Assembly (NCBI RefSeq): GCF_030144855.1
Contig: NC_082707.1
Span: forward strand, 185,504,001 to 185,568,000
Direction: 5' to 3'
Length of the DNA stretch: 64,000 bases
Source of the DNA: Hypanus sabinus
Lineage: Eukaryota
Shown here: positions 13,529 to 25,429 of the stretch, in pieces
Position numbering within the stretch: the first letter of the stretch is position 1
Layout of the letters: each line of letters opens with the position of its first letter
Made by a program: the position numbers and the translations under genes
The notes under the pieces: model-generated
Databases searched by the model: none
The model's input: only the letters and a program-made list of their open reading frames with translations
What the model was told of the DNA's origin: nothing

Positions 13529-13583
13529 GAAAAGAATAGAAACAAGCATTCAAACTTGAAAAGAATAGAAACAAGCATTCAAA
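13529..13583 (+). repeat. 26-bp direct duplication inside Gypsy pol
   Basis: GAAAAGAATAGAAACAAGCATTCAAA at 13529-13554 and 13558-13583. Confidence 0.9.
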
Positions 13584-14829
13584 GAGGAGCTAGCAGGAGC
13601 GGGTGCCTTGGCCTATTTTGATAAAGATGCGCCAACTAAAGTAATGGCACATGCCAGCCCAGTCGAACTGGGGACCATACTCATGTAAAACCAAAATGAA
13701 GAAATGGTACCTGTCTGCTCTGTGAAACATAGTCTCTCAGACTGTGAACAAAAATACTCACAAACAGAGTGAGAAGCATTAGCACTGATGTGGGCCTGTG
13801 AGAGACTTCATCCTTATTCGTATGTGAGAAAGTCTGACCAGATCACAAATCACAAACCTTTGGAGATGACTTACAACCCAAGATCTAAGCCATGTGCACA
13901 CACAGACTGGTGGGTCTTGAGATTGCAACCATATGGCTACAGACTACACGTGCCAGGAAAACAGAATGTTGCAGACCCACTGCTGAGGCTACCAGGAGAG
14001 ACTCCTCAAAAAGAGAGACACAAGCATGGCTCAGAGGCATATGTCAAGTTCATAGCTGTGAGTGCCACACTTGAAGCCCTGACAACACGAGAGGTAGAGA
14101 GAGCGCCAGCCACAGATCCAGAGCTGCAGGAGGTGCGTAAAACCATCATGAATGGACACTTCGAGAACTGTAAGGTATACGCACCCATTGCAAATGAGCT
14201 GTGTGTAGTGGGTCATCTTATCCTCAGAGGGACATGGATTGTGTTACCTAAAGCCTTGCACACATGGGCACCCGCCCTATCTCATGTAGGGCCCTTGGGA
14301 AAAGTGGGTACAAAACAGCATCTCAGAACCAAGGTTTGGTGGCCTGGTATGGATAAAACAGCTGGGAAATACTGCAAAGGTTGTCACGGCTGTGAAACTC
14401 TAGCTAGACACGGCCCTCCAGAAAGACTAAAACTGACACCATTACCTTGGCAGGAGGTAGCTGTTGATTTGCTTGGACCATTACCAACAAACTATTCCAT
14501 TCTAGTATAGCTGATTTTATGAATATGAAATTTTGACCTCTACAACTTTAGAGAGTTATTGACAGTCTTGAGAGCATTTTTTGTAGATATGGACTGCCTG
14601 TATCTATCAAATCAGTTAATAGACCTCAATTCAGATCTGGACAGGTCAAGGACTATAGGACTAATGGAATCAAACACTGAAAACAACAGCAGTGGGCTCA
14701 GGCAAATGGTGAAGTGGAGCCACAAAATGCATCACTGATAGAAAGGGTTAAGATTGCCCACACAGAAGGACTTGACTAGAAACATGAACTGAGAAAGTAT
14801 GTGACTGCGTACAGATGTGTGCACATGTC

Positions 14830-15037
14830 ATAGAAAATCTACAGCACAATACAGGCCCTTCGGCCCACAAAGTTGTGCCGAACACGTCCCTACCTTAGAA
14901 ATGACTCAGCTTACCTATAGCCCTCTATTTTACTAAGCTCCATGTATCTATCTAAAAGTCTCTTAAAAGACCCTATCGTATCCGCCTCCACCACCGGCAG
15001 CCCATTCTACGCACTCTCCCCTCTCAGAGTAAAAAAA
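14830..15037 (-). mobile_element. CR1 3' end inserted in Gypsy integrase
   Basis: Homologous to 32700-32910; interrupts the YR...TTG.SPA integrase motif. Confidence 0.85.
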
Positions 15038-15783
15038 GCGTCACTACAGGGAACAGTCCTGCCTAACTCCTCTACAACTGCAGTATGAGGGGGATGTTAC
15101 CAGACTTCGAGGAGGTACACACAGCAGAACTGGAAGTACAAGATTGGGACGCAGAACAAAAATGAAAGTGCAAGCTGTCTGCAGATGATCACAGAGGAGC
15201 ACAAGAGCCTCCCGTAAAAGTTGGGAATGCTGTGCTTATCCAGCAAGAAAAGTGGACAAATTCACCACAGCTTTCAACACAATACCATTCAGGGTGGTAA
15301 GGAAAACAGGGAAGTCAAGTGGTAGTTGAATCTTCTACTGGAGTACCATATGCAAGGAACACCACACATGTAAAAAAAAGTTTGACACAAGAGAGACTTC
15401 TGACAAACAGGAGGAAATTCAAGGATTTGACAATGAGGCACTGGGACAAGAGGGCAATGTAATGAACAGTTATGGACAAGCTCAGGTTCACAGTGAGCAA
15501 AAGCCATTACCAAACGTCGAAAGCAAAGAGAAACTAATAGAGACCTCAAACAATCTCTGAGGTTTAATGATATTGAAATAGAGCTTTAAGTAATGGGTTT
15601 TGAAACAATGAAAACTGTTGAAAGTAGAAAATGAAGTTTTCAATTCCAGAGTTATTAAGTTGAAACAGATAACGGGTTGGTTATAGACAAGCATATGAGA
15701 GGAAATGTGCTGAATTGAAATGGTTAAATCTGTGAATTGAATGTGTTCTAAATATTGAAATTGATTGCTCAGGAAAGGAGGGA

Positions 15784-15971
15784 TGTCATGTATTCAAATT
15801 GTAAGGTCAGTTCATGTCATTTGACACTTGCCAAGTACGGTGATGATGTCATCAGTCGGGACAGAACAACACTTGATTTGAGGGAGCATGGAAGCGAGAG
15901 TGAGAAATAAAGACATATTCTGAGCATAAAGTGTCGAATTAAGTACTAAAATAGATTGCAAATACACAGTG
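15784..15971 (+). mobile_element. Gypsy 3' LTR
   Basis: TGTCATGTATT immediately after the PPT; internal AATAAA; followed by AAGAC (TSD candidate). Confidence 0.9.
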
Positions 15972-16449
15972 AAGACAATATTGATCAGCTGTGATCACGT
16001 TGAATGACAGGGAAACTTGAAGGCCTAATGGCCTACTCCTGCTTTTGTTTCCTTGTGTATTAGTTCCCATTGTCCTCCATTTAATTATATAACTTCCTCC
16101 AGCTCACTCTAACAATTCAAGATAGCCTTTTAAGTTCCTTCAAAACTCTGAATACATGACCTCCCTGCTTTGTGGCACTATTGTTTACAGCCCCTTGGTT
16201 GAAAGCAATGGGACAATGTGGATCTCTGAGTGAAACATGCGGATGTAAGCTAATTATTGTGACTTTTACCTCAGAAGATAGAATTGAGGAAATTTTTATG
16301 TGTTTAATTTTTGTTATTGTGCTACCTTTTTCTTCTATGGTAAAGTTGCTATGCTGGTCCCCAGTTCTTAAACTGTGAACAATTTTTGAGCAGGATGCTG
16401 CATTTTTGTTCTTTCAAACTCCAGTATCATGTTAGCAGTTTGTAACTAC

Positions 16450-16830
16450 CCCAGTGGGCACTGGTTTTAATTCTCCTTCCCATTTCCATTATGACATGTC
16501 GATCGATGGTCAATGAGGCCACACTCAGGTTGGGGGAGTAACACCCCTTGTATTTCGTCTGGGTAGGCCCCAACCTGACAACATGAATGTTGACTTCTCT
16601 AACTTCCAGTAATTTCTCCCTTTCACTCTCTTTCCATTCCCCTTTCCTCTTATCCTTCTTATTCCTGCCCTTCTCCTCACCTACCCATCACCTTCCTCTG
16701 GTGCCCTCCTCCTTCCCTTTCTTACGTGGTCAGCTCTTCTCTCTCATCAGATTCCTTCCTCGTCTGCCCTTTACCTCTTCCATCTATTGCCTCCCAGCTT
16801 CTTAATTCATCACACCCTTCCCCATGCACC
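16450..16830 (+). mobile_element. Penelope-like element fragment (GIY-YIG C-terminus + pyrimidine-rich UTR)
   Basis: NEATLRLGE..FRLGRPQPDNMNVDFSNFQ encoded on the plus strand. Confidence 0.75.
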
Positions 16831-17364
16831 ATCTAATTTAACTTAATAGGCTGATTTTTTTTGCTAATAGAATTTAGTTTCTTAAAACAATTAAAGATTT
16901 AGGCAATACAGTAGTATGCTGGTGTTTCTTTATACTCAACATTAACTTAGAATTCACTTTTTTTTCTAAAAGAAGTAGCCACAGCCTTCAAAAAAATAGT
17001 AATCCAACAAAACCAGTGATAAAGTGAGAAAAAGATTACCTGAAGGCTTGGTTAATAAAATTGTCCTTGAGGCATTTCTTTAAAAATTGGATAGAACTAG
17101 GTCAAGGAGATTTTGGAAGAGAGTTCACAGAGTCAGAAAGTTGCTGAACCCAGAGGGATAAGCATTACCTAGAAGGACAGGGACAGGTAGGAGTTAGTAT
17201 GGGCCTGGAGGAGTTACCCCATTTCTGCAAACTTCTCCGTGCTGAGATTCAAAACTAGAGACCAAGAACTGATTTGGGCCATTTAGGAAAAAAGACAAAA
17301 ACAAATAATCTGCTGAAGGAACCTAGCAGTGAGAACCAAGTGCAAGGTTTTGACCTGAAATATA

Positions 17365-19745
17365 GAACTTGTACACTTCAGCACAGTACAGGTCCTTCAG
17401 CCCATGATGTTCTGCTGGTCTTTTAACTTAGTTTAAGATCAACTTAGCTCTTCCCTCCCAAATAGCCCTCCATTTTTCTATCATTCATGTACCTCTGTAA
17501 AAGTCTCTTCGATGTCCCTAATGCATCTGCCTTTACCACCAGCCCTGGCAGTGTGTTCCACACATCTACCGCTCTGTGTGTAAAAAATTCAATCTCTAGC
17601 ATTGCCCCTATAATTTCCTCCAATCGCTTTAAAATTGTGTTCAAGTTAAAGTTCAAGTTGATTGTCATTTGACCACATACACGTATACCGGCAAATGAAA
17701 CAACATTCCTCCAGACCAAGGTGCACAATACAGTACATATAACTCACACAGAATACATAAAGTAATATTAACACTAATCAATTAACAAATAAATAAGGTG
17801 TATTTATGATACAAGTTTAAAAAGTAGAACAGTGTAGCGCTACTGGTACTTCACAAGTGGTGAGATCTGGGTAGTGACAGGGAGTTCAGTAGCCTCAAGG
17901 CTTGGGCGAAGAAGCTGTTTCCCATTCTAACTGTCCTCATAATGCTGTGGTAGGGGGCCGAAAACATTGTTATGTAGATTGTTCATTGACAATGCTGAAG
18001 GCCCAGTGTATGCAGTATCCCTGATAAATATCGTTGATGGGAGGAATTAAGTCTCTGATGATCCTCTCAGCTGTCCTCATAATGCTTTGTAGGGACTTGT
18101 GATCAGATGCCTTGCAATTCCCTTACCAGACAGTGATGTAGCTGGTCAGGACCCTCTCTAGTGCTCCTGGAAAAATGCAGTGCCATGGGATGGTAGTCAA
18201 GGCAAGTTACTGTCACCCCCTTGGGCACTGGGATGATGGTGGCTGACCTGAAGCCTTCAGGGACAGCAGACTGTTACAGAGGGAAGTTGAAGATGTCTTT
18301 TAGAACCTCTGTTAACTGGGCTGCACAGTCCCTCAGCTTCTGACCATCTATGTTATCAGGCCCCGCAGCTTTACGTGGCTGGTGGCTTCCTCACAGCAGC
18401 TGCAGCCAGGTGGAGTGCTCAAACCTTGGTGGATGGGGGGGGGGGGGGCATTCCTCACCGGCACGTTGTTTCGTGCATCAGACTGTGTGTAAAAGACATT
18501 CAGCCTGTCAAGAAGAGAGCTCCCTTGTATTAGCCACTCATAACTCCCCTCATTCATCACTTCTGCCCTGGGAAAAAGTCTGACTATCCACTCTATCTAT
18601 GCCACTTATCATCTTGTATTCTATCAAGTCATCTCTCATCCTTCTTCATTCTGAGGAGAAACGTCCTAGATTACTTATCCTATATTCATAGACAGCATCC
18701 CAGTAAATCTGTTCTGCACCCTCTCTAAAGCTTCTACATCCTTCTTATGCTGAGGTAACCAGAACTGAACACAGTAATCCCAAGTGTGGTCTAACTAGAG
18801 TTTTATAGAATCAGAATCAGGTTTATTATCACCAGCATGTGTCATGAAATTTGTTAACTTAACAGCAGCAGTTCAGTGCAATACATAATATAGAAGAAAA
18901 ATACAAAATATAATATATTATTATTAATAAATAAATACATTATAGTATACATATATTGAATAGATTAAAAGTCATGCAACAAACAGAAATAATATACCGA
19001 TATATTAAAAAAGTGAGGTAATATCCAAGGGTTCAGTGTCCATTTAGGAATCTGAAGATGTCCTGGATACTTTGTAGGCTAGTACCCAAAATGGAGTTGA
19101 CTAGATTTACATCGCTCTGCAGCTTCTTTTGGTCCTGTGCAGCAACCCCTCCCCCATACCAGACAGTGATGCAGAGCAGCAACATGACTTCACCACTCTT
19201 GGAACTCTTGGCTTCGTCTCATGAAGGCCAACACTCCATACACCTTCTTAATCCTCCTATGAGCATGTGTCAACTTTGAGGGAACTGTGGAGATGAACCC
19301 CAAGATCCTTCTGTTCCTCCATGCTGCTAAGAATTCTGCCATTAGCCTATACTCTACCTTCAAGTTTGAACTTCCAGTATATCACTTCACCCTTTCCAGA
19401 TTGAACTTCACCTGCCACTTCCCAGCCCAGCTCTGCATCTTATCAATGTCCTGTTGTAACCTACGATAACCTTCTACACAAACCACAACACCAGCAACCT
19501 TCATGAAACTACCCACCCTTCCACTTCCTTGTCCAAGTCATTTATAAAATTTGCAAAGAGCACAGGTCCCAGAACAGGTTCCTGTGGAACACCACCAGTT
19601 ACTGGCATCTAGGCAGAGTATGCTTCATCTACTACTACTTTCTGTGGCCAAGCCAATTCTGAATCCACTGGATTTCCCGGAGTCCTGTATCTTCTAACTT
19701 TCTGAGTGAGCCTACTGTGGGGAACCTTGTCAAATTCCTTTCTGA
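17365..19745 (-). mobile_element. CR1 LINE fragment interrupted by REX1/Babar pieces (~17640-18550, ~18810-19170)
   Basis: FFTHRAVDVWNTLP and FDKVPHSRL CR1 motifs; REX-type tails ending in (TTGAAC)n or (CTGATT)n on the minus strand. Confidence 0.75.
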
Positions 19746-20576
19746 GAACATTGACAATTCCTCCCACAGATGCTATCCACTCCACTACATTCCTCCAGCA
19801 GATTACTTTTTGCTCCAGATTCCAGCATCTGCAGTCTCTTGTGTCCCATCTAGAGGGGCAAATAAAAACAGAATGAACAATGATCAATGCAGTTCAGGAA
19901 TAAGGCTACAGTTTGTGAAGTGTAGGAATTGGGAAACCAGAGGAATATTTTTGTGTGTAAGACTGTAGGCTAGATGTTAGGAGAGTGAGCACAACGTCTT
20001 ACCAACACTTTACATCCTTCTTGGTATTCATAGAATTTTGCTGTTCCAGCTGTGACCAGTTGTCCAGAACTACTACTGCTAATTGTTAACTCTATCCTTT
20101 ACATGTTTCATTGAGAATAGGCTCATTGTAAGAATCTTTGTTGCTGGCAAATTTCCCAATGTCTATGCTTGAAAATGGAACTAGCGACTGAATACTGGCA
20201 CCAGTTAAGTCCTCTGATTTCTAAATGAGGATTGTAATTTTATGGATAAAAAGAGTGGGAAGTGGGCAAAAGGATTTGAAATGAGATTATGAAATCTGAC
20301 GGAAACTTCCCTTTATTTGTGCAGAATCAAAGATTTACACTTGAATTGTAGAAACAATCCTGTTCAGGAAGTTTGGCCCTGCCATTTGCCAAAATGAGAC
20401 CTATTTCCAGGAATTTGTCAAAACACCAGGATTACTCAAAAGTAATTAAAAGTATTTATCCATTCATGTGCATTTGCAAAATGTTTGAGAATGAAAGAAA
20501 TTATTTGTAGGATGGATCAGTATTTTACTGGGTTGGCAATAATGAGTTTTTTATAGGACATTGATGGATTAAGTGG

Positions 20577-20987
20577 AACAGCATGGTAACGTAGTGGCCA
20601 GTGTTTCACTTTACAGCTTCAGTGGCCTAGTTTCAATTCTGCTGCTATCTGTAAGGAGTTTGTATGTTCTCACCATGACTGCACGGATTTCCTCCAGGTG
20701 CTCTGGTTTCCTCCCTTGTTTAAAAGACGTACAGGTTAGGGTCGTAAGTTCTGATGAAGGGTCCTGGCCCAAAATGTCTACTATGACAGGTGCTGCCTGA
20801 CCTGCTGAGTTCCTCCAGCATTTTGTGTGTGTTGCTTAGGGTTGTAAGTAAGTTTTGGGCATGCTGTGTTGGTGCCAGAGGCATGACGACACTCGCAGGC
20901 TGCCACATCCTTGGACTGTGTTGGTCATTGATACAAATGATAACATTTCACTATTTTGATGTACACGTGACAAATAAGGCCAATCTT
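20577..20987 (+). mobile_element. V-SINE containing an 86-bp pLTR/hammerhead insertion (20750-20835)
   Basis: V-domain; insert flanked by TTAGGGT(C/T)GTAAGT duplication at 20736-20749 and 20836-20849. Confidence 0.85.
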
Positions 20988-21473
20988 TTTGCATTTGTGG
21001 AATGGTTCCCTTATCAGATAACTTCAGTTTGATTGGTAGACGTATGTATTGTTCTTACATTTTTGTGCACACGAAAGAGCTTTGTGTGAGTACAGTTTGG
21101 CTGTCTTAGTTTAGTAATGAATTCTTGAGAGCATGCAGACTTGTTGACTATTCTTTGGGGCAGGGCATGTAGGCGTCTCACAAATCAGAACTACCACTTT
21201 TAAAGCTGAATATTGAGAAATACCAACCTGTCACTTCTGTTTATTTGCTTGTCTGTGTGCTCCACCATAAGCATTGCAACATCTCCCAACTATTTGCTTA
21301 CAGCAGTTAACTCTTAACGTCTAGGTGCTTCTTTTACTTTCACAAGGGCACCATCACTAATTAAATAAGTTATAGCAGTGGTTAGATTACTATCTTACTG
21401 CACACATCCCAGCACCTCCCATTTCATTGAAGCCCTCAACATTATTGTGATCTACTTCACAAAAGCTTGAGCA

Positions 21474-21772
21474 GGGCGGCATGGTAACGTGGTAGTTAGC
21501 GCCATTCTTTACAGCACGAACAATCATCGATTTGGGTTCACTTCCTGCCACTCCCAGTAAGGAGTTTGTATGTTCTCCCCGTGAATTCCCACTTTCTGAA
21601 GATGTACAGTTAGGCCAAAGATGCTGTTTGAACTGCTGAGTTCCTCCAGCATTTTGTATATGTTCCTCTGGACTTCCAGCATCTGCAGAGTCTCTTGTGT
21701 CAGTAAGTTGTGGGCACGCAGTTTTGGCACCAGAGGCATAGCAAGACTTGCAGGCTGCCCCAGCACATCCTC
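21474..21772 (+). mobile_element. V-SINE containing a pLTR fragment (~21619-21700)
   Basis: GGCGGCATGGTAACGTGGTAGTTAGC head and V-domain; pLTR ..CTGCTGAGTTCCTCCAGCATTTTG..CTGCAGAGTCTCTTGTGT. Confidence 0.75.
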
Positions 21773-22115
21773 ATAAGATGTGTTCTTGAATCCAGGCAGC
21801 AGTATCCTGGTACATCTCCTCTGCACCCTCTCTAAGGCTTCCAACAACGTCGTGAGCTGAATGGGTGCACTGTGCTGTAATATTCTGTGTTCTAAAGTTC
21901 AAATTTATTATCAAAGTACACAATATACAACCATGAGATTGTTCTTCTTGCAGGCACCCACAAAACAAAGAAACGCAATAGAATTCACCAAAAAACACAC
22001 AAGACTGCCCACATATCTAATTTGTAAAAAAGGAGGAATCATGCAAATAGTTAAAACAAAATCAACAAAAACACCTGCAGAATCCCTGAAAGTGAGCCCG
22101 CAACTACGAGGCAAG

Positions 22116-22184
22116 TGAAGCTGGTGCAGGGTAACAAGTGTTCCTGAAGCTGGTGCAGGGTAACAAGTGTTCCTGAAGCTGGTG
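22116..22184 (+). repeat. 29-bp tandem repeat, ~2.4 copies
   Basis: Unit TGAAGCTGGTGCAGGGTAACAAGTGTTCC. Confidence 0.9.
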
Positions 22185-22989
22185 GCGTAGGACCAAAGAC
22201 TCCTGGATAGTCAGTGTCAAGAGGAGACCGGTCAAGTGCAGGCAAGTGGTGTTGAACACCTAGTAGTGTCCGTTCTCGCCCTTAATGATTTTAATCTTGC
22301 TCAGTGCTTTAATCGGCACAGACTAATGGAGATGATCACAGGTTTGTCTTTAGCTATGAAGCCTCGACGCAGCATCCACCCCCAGCGATGGTCACCCTGG
22401 CTGTACTTGCACTCTCGAAAGTCGAGTTCACCAAATCCCCCAGGAGATCGCAAGAGCACCAGATCGTTTAGTCGGTTCAAAAGTACATCCTTAAAAGGGA
22501 AACTACAAGCTGCAGGCAGCAACGAACGCAGCCTAGAAGAAGATGTATATCTAGTAATTTGGAGAGCCGCCTACAAAATGTTGCCATTGGTCGCCAGTGC
22601 CACCTTGGGCATTCTTAAAGTGCATTTAGCACTGCTCAGTCCAGGGGTCTGGACGGTCCATTCCAAACTCCTCTGCTCCCTTATCCATTCCTGGTAACTG
22701 TGAAACACATTAACAGAGTGAACACTCAGTGTATTACAACACAGTTAATAGATTAATAGCTGCAGAACAGACTTGGTGCTTTTTTTTAGAGATTACAATG
22801 ATGAATGCTATAAAGACAGCTCTTGTAAAACAGTTAATTAGGCCTTTTCAAACAGAACCCACATGAACAAGGTTAAATGTCAATACTACATTGTTTAAAA
22901 TTTCTGTTTCAAAATGGCCTGTACTTTTCCCTATCTCCTCAACTTTGTCCTTTTTTTACAGCATTCAACTGCGACTTAGCATTGTTCCC

Positions 22990-23440
22990 TTTGAACGCAA
23001 ACTGGAGGTTGCCATGGTAATACATGCCATAACTGTAACATGATGCAAGACATGTGTCTGACTCAGTTGTAAACAGAACCTTCGGTCGCCAGTTGCTGCT
23101 ACTAAGTCCAATGTTCCAAGCCTCGGTGTCACAATGGTGCGGCCATTACTGCGGGAGAAAGGCCCTGCCCTGATCCAGTTTATGGCCCCACAAAACGCTT
23201 TCTGTTTTAGCAGAAGCCACGCATTGACCTCTCCCCAGCAGCTGTGTGCACTTGCAACAAACTGCACTCCTTGCTTCGGAGAATGCAAGCTTGCCGTTGC
23301 TAGGCAGCAGATATGGTAATCGTGTTGCCACCATGCCCTTGAGCTGTTGCCAACCACACTATAAATTCTTTGTCTTGTTCGTCATTGCAAATAAAGATAT
23401 TGCTGACAAGCTACATAACTTCAATTATTGACTGGTGTAC
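22990..23440. promoter_or_regulatory. Candidate RFX (X-box) enhancer/promoter island
   Basis: GTTGCCATGGTAAT at 23008-23021, GTTGCTAGGCAGC at 23296-23308, several more GTTGC(C/T) half-sites, retained CpGs, no recognised repeat. Confidence 0.4.
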
Positions 23441-23632
23441 CTTCTCAGCATATGCATGCCAATACAGGTTTAAGCATTTCACTTCACTCTTTTGTACTAA
23501 TATGCAATTTATCTGGCATTGTCGATCCTGACCCTACTTTAATGTGTATCTTATTATTTTGAAGTGTGTTTTTTTTAAAAAAAGCACCAACTGAGGCATC
23601 ATGTTGAATAACAAAGCACATTTGTCCTTTAT

Positions 23633-23862
23633 AAACACGAGATTCTGCAGATGCTGGAAATCTAGTGCAACACGCACAGTGCTGGAGGAAATCAGTGGAT
23701 TATGCAGCATTTATGGAAGGAGCAAACTGTAAGCATTTCAGGCCAAGACCCTTCGTTAAGACTGGAAAGGAAGCGGGAAGCCAAACTTTATCTCCTTTAC
23801 TTTCCAGTCATGATGAAAGGTCTCAACCGGAAACATAGACCGTTTAATCCCCTCCATAGATA
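23633..23862. mobile_element. Penelope pLTR pair in inverted arrangement
   Basis: Minus-strand pLTR with degenerate hammerhead (~23735-23762) facing a plus-strand ATGATGA..GAAAC copy (~23808-23840). Confidence 0.65.
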
Positions 23863-24853
23863 GTTGTTCTTTAACTTTGTTTACAAAGAGCTGATCAGAA
23901 ATAATAGCAAACAGACTTTATTCAGAATAAAAATATAAATTAAAAAATCTGGTTCCACTAGATACTCAGAGGGTGTCTGCATCATTTAATTCACAAAATA
24001 TTTCTGAATGTGACACCAGAGATCAAACAGTGGAGTTCCAGAAACGAATTGGACCTTTGAAAACACGGGTTTTATTCCTCCCCCCAGAATGTCTGAAGTT
24101 TTCAGGGAGGGTTCATGATCTATCTCTTTTGTTCTCTTATGTTTAAAAAGTAATTTATGCTTTTTATGATTAAAGTTATTTCTGCAAGCATTTGTATGGA
24201 CCTTTGTGTTTGTGTATCTAATCAGAAAACAAGTAAGACATCAAGTGAATTCAATTGTGGCAATCAGTACAATTTCCTAAGGGCTCATGCCATAAGTAAT
24301 TATGCACTTGACAGATAGGTGACCGCTGTGCAAATCTGAAATTGCCATGATATAGTCATCTACCTATTAAGAACTTATTGAAAACTATGCTTAACGTTCT
24401 ACCTCATGTTTGAAAAGCAAGTACTTTTTTTTATATAAACTTGAAGTACCTAAATTGAAAAGACTCAAGCAATTTGCAATAATTATTGAAGAGCTTGTCA
24501 AATTGCACTGTGTGCAAAAAATTCCATGTAGCTAAAAGGGTGCACAATTATATTTCCATTTTACCTTAATAATTCATGCGGTATCACAGTTTGTGGTGTT
24601 CTGATTTTACTTCGTTTGCCTGGTAATAATGATCCTGACTGGAAATGGAGATTGAGGCCTTGGCTTGATTAAATTTGCTGACTTCTTGGTGCCATTAATG
24701 GCATCAGACCAACGGGTCAAAATCATATTTGTCTGATTCAAAGTGACAGTTGCTTTAATCAGACTCGTTTAGTTAAAAGGCTCGGTGCAGAGAATCTGAA
24801 ATGTTGAAATAGACCCATTCAATGTGTATACAACATACTTGTATATTAACTAA

Positions 24854-25423
24854 CAACACACACAAAATGCTGGTGGAACACAGCAGGCCAGGCAGCATCT
24901 ATAGGGAGAAGCGCTGTCGACGTTTCGGGCCAAGACCCTTCGTCAGGACTAACTGAAAGGAAAGTAGTGGGGGAGGGGGAAATGCGAAATGGTAGGAGTA
25001 GACCGGAGGAGGTGGGATGAAGCTAAGAGCTGGAAAGGTGATTGGCCAAAGTGATACAGAGCTGGAGAAGGGAAAGGATCATGGGACGGGAGGCCTCGGG
25101 AGAAAGAAAGTGGGGGGGGGGGGACACCAGAGGGAGTGGAGAACAGGCAAACAACTAAATATGTCAGGGATGGGGTAAGAAGGGGAGGACGGACATTAAC
25201 GGAAGTTAGAAAAGTCAATGTTCATGCCATCAGGTTGGAGGCTACCCAGCCAGTATATAAGGTGTTGTTCCTCCAACCTGAGTTTGGATTCATTTTGACC
25301 ATGCCTCCTCTATTGTGCTCCCCCCTCCCCCTTTCTTTCTCCCGAGGTCTCCCATTCCATGATCCACCAGCATTTTGTGTGTGTTGTTTGAATTTCCAGC
25401 AGCTGCAGATTTCCTCGTGTTTG
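24854..25423 (-). mobile_element. Young Penelope-like fragment with inverted pLTR segments at both ends
   Basis: Minus strand LRLEEQHLIYWLGSLQPDGMNIDFSNFR; ends CAACACACACAAAATGCTGGTGGA and TCCACCAGCATTTTGTGTGTGTTG are reverse complements. Confidence 0.8.
24916..24949 (-). ncRNA. Minimal type I hammerhead ribozyme, intact core
   Basis: Minus strand GTC-CTGACGA-A-GGGT(CTTG)GCCC-GAAAC-GTC^GAC: CUGANGA and GAAA boxes, stem II, palindromic stem III (ACGU), GUC cleavage triplet, stem I GUC/GAC. Confidence 0.75.
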
Positions 25424-25429
25424 TCTTAA

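Larger units (their letters stand above)
12090..15971 (+). mobile_element. Decayed Ty3/Gypsy LTR retrotransposon body (gag knuckle, PR, RT, RH, IN, PPT, 3' LTR), probably Mag-like
   Basis: CYICANTDHLGRDPKC knuckle; MLVDLGA protease; PWVNPVV..DIRMCL and FSKLDMRWGYHQ RT; EALALMWACERL..NHKPL RNase H; H..H/WWPGMDK..C..C and PWQEVAVDLLGP integrase; PPT AGGAAAGGAGGGA at 15771-15783. Confidence 0.95.

Noticed and set aside
11756-15971. DIRS-like or novel inverted-LTR retroelement class
   Set aside because: Integrase, PPT, PBS and TSD show an ordinary Gypsy element; the inversion is secondary.
22116-22184. CRISPR-like 29-bp repeats
   Set aside because: Head-to-tail tandem copies without spacers in eukaryotic DNA.
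22965-23357. 130-aa minus-strand ORF as a host gene
   Set aside because: No domain similarity recognised; overlapping ORFs on both strands reflect local GC content.
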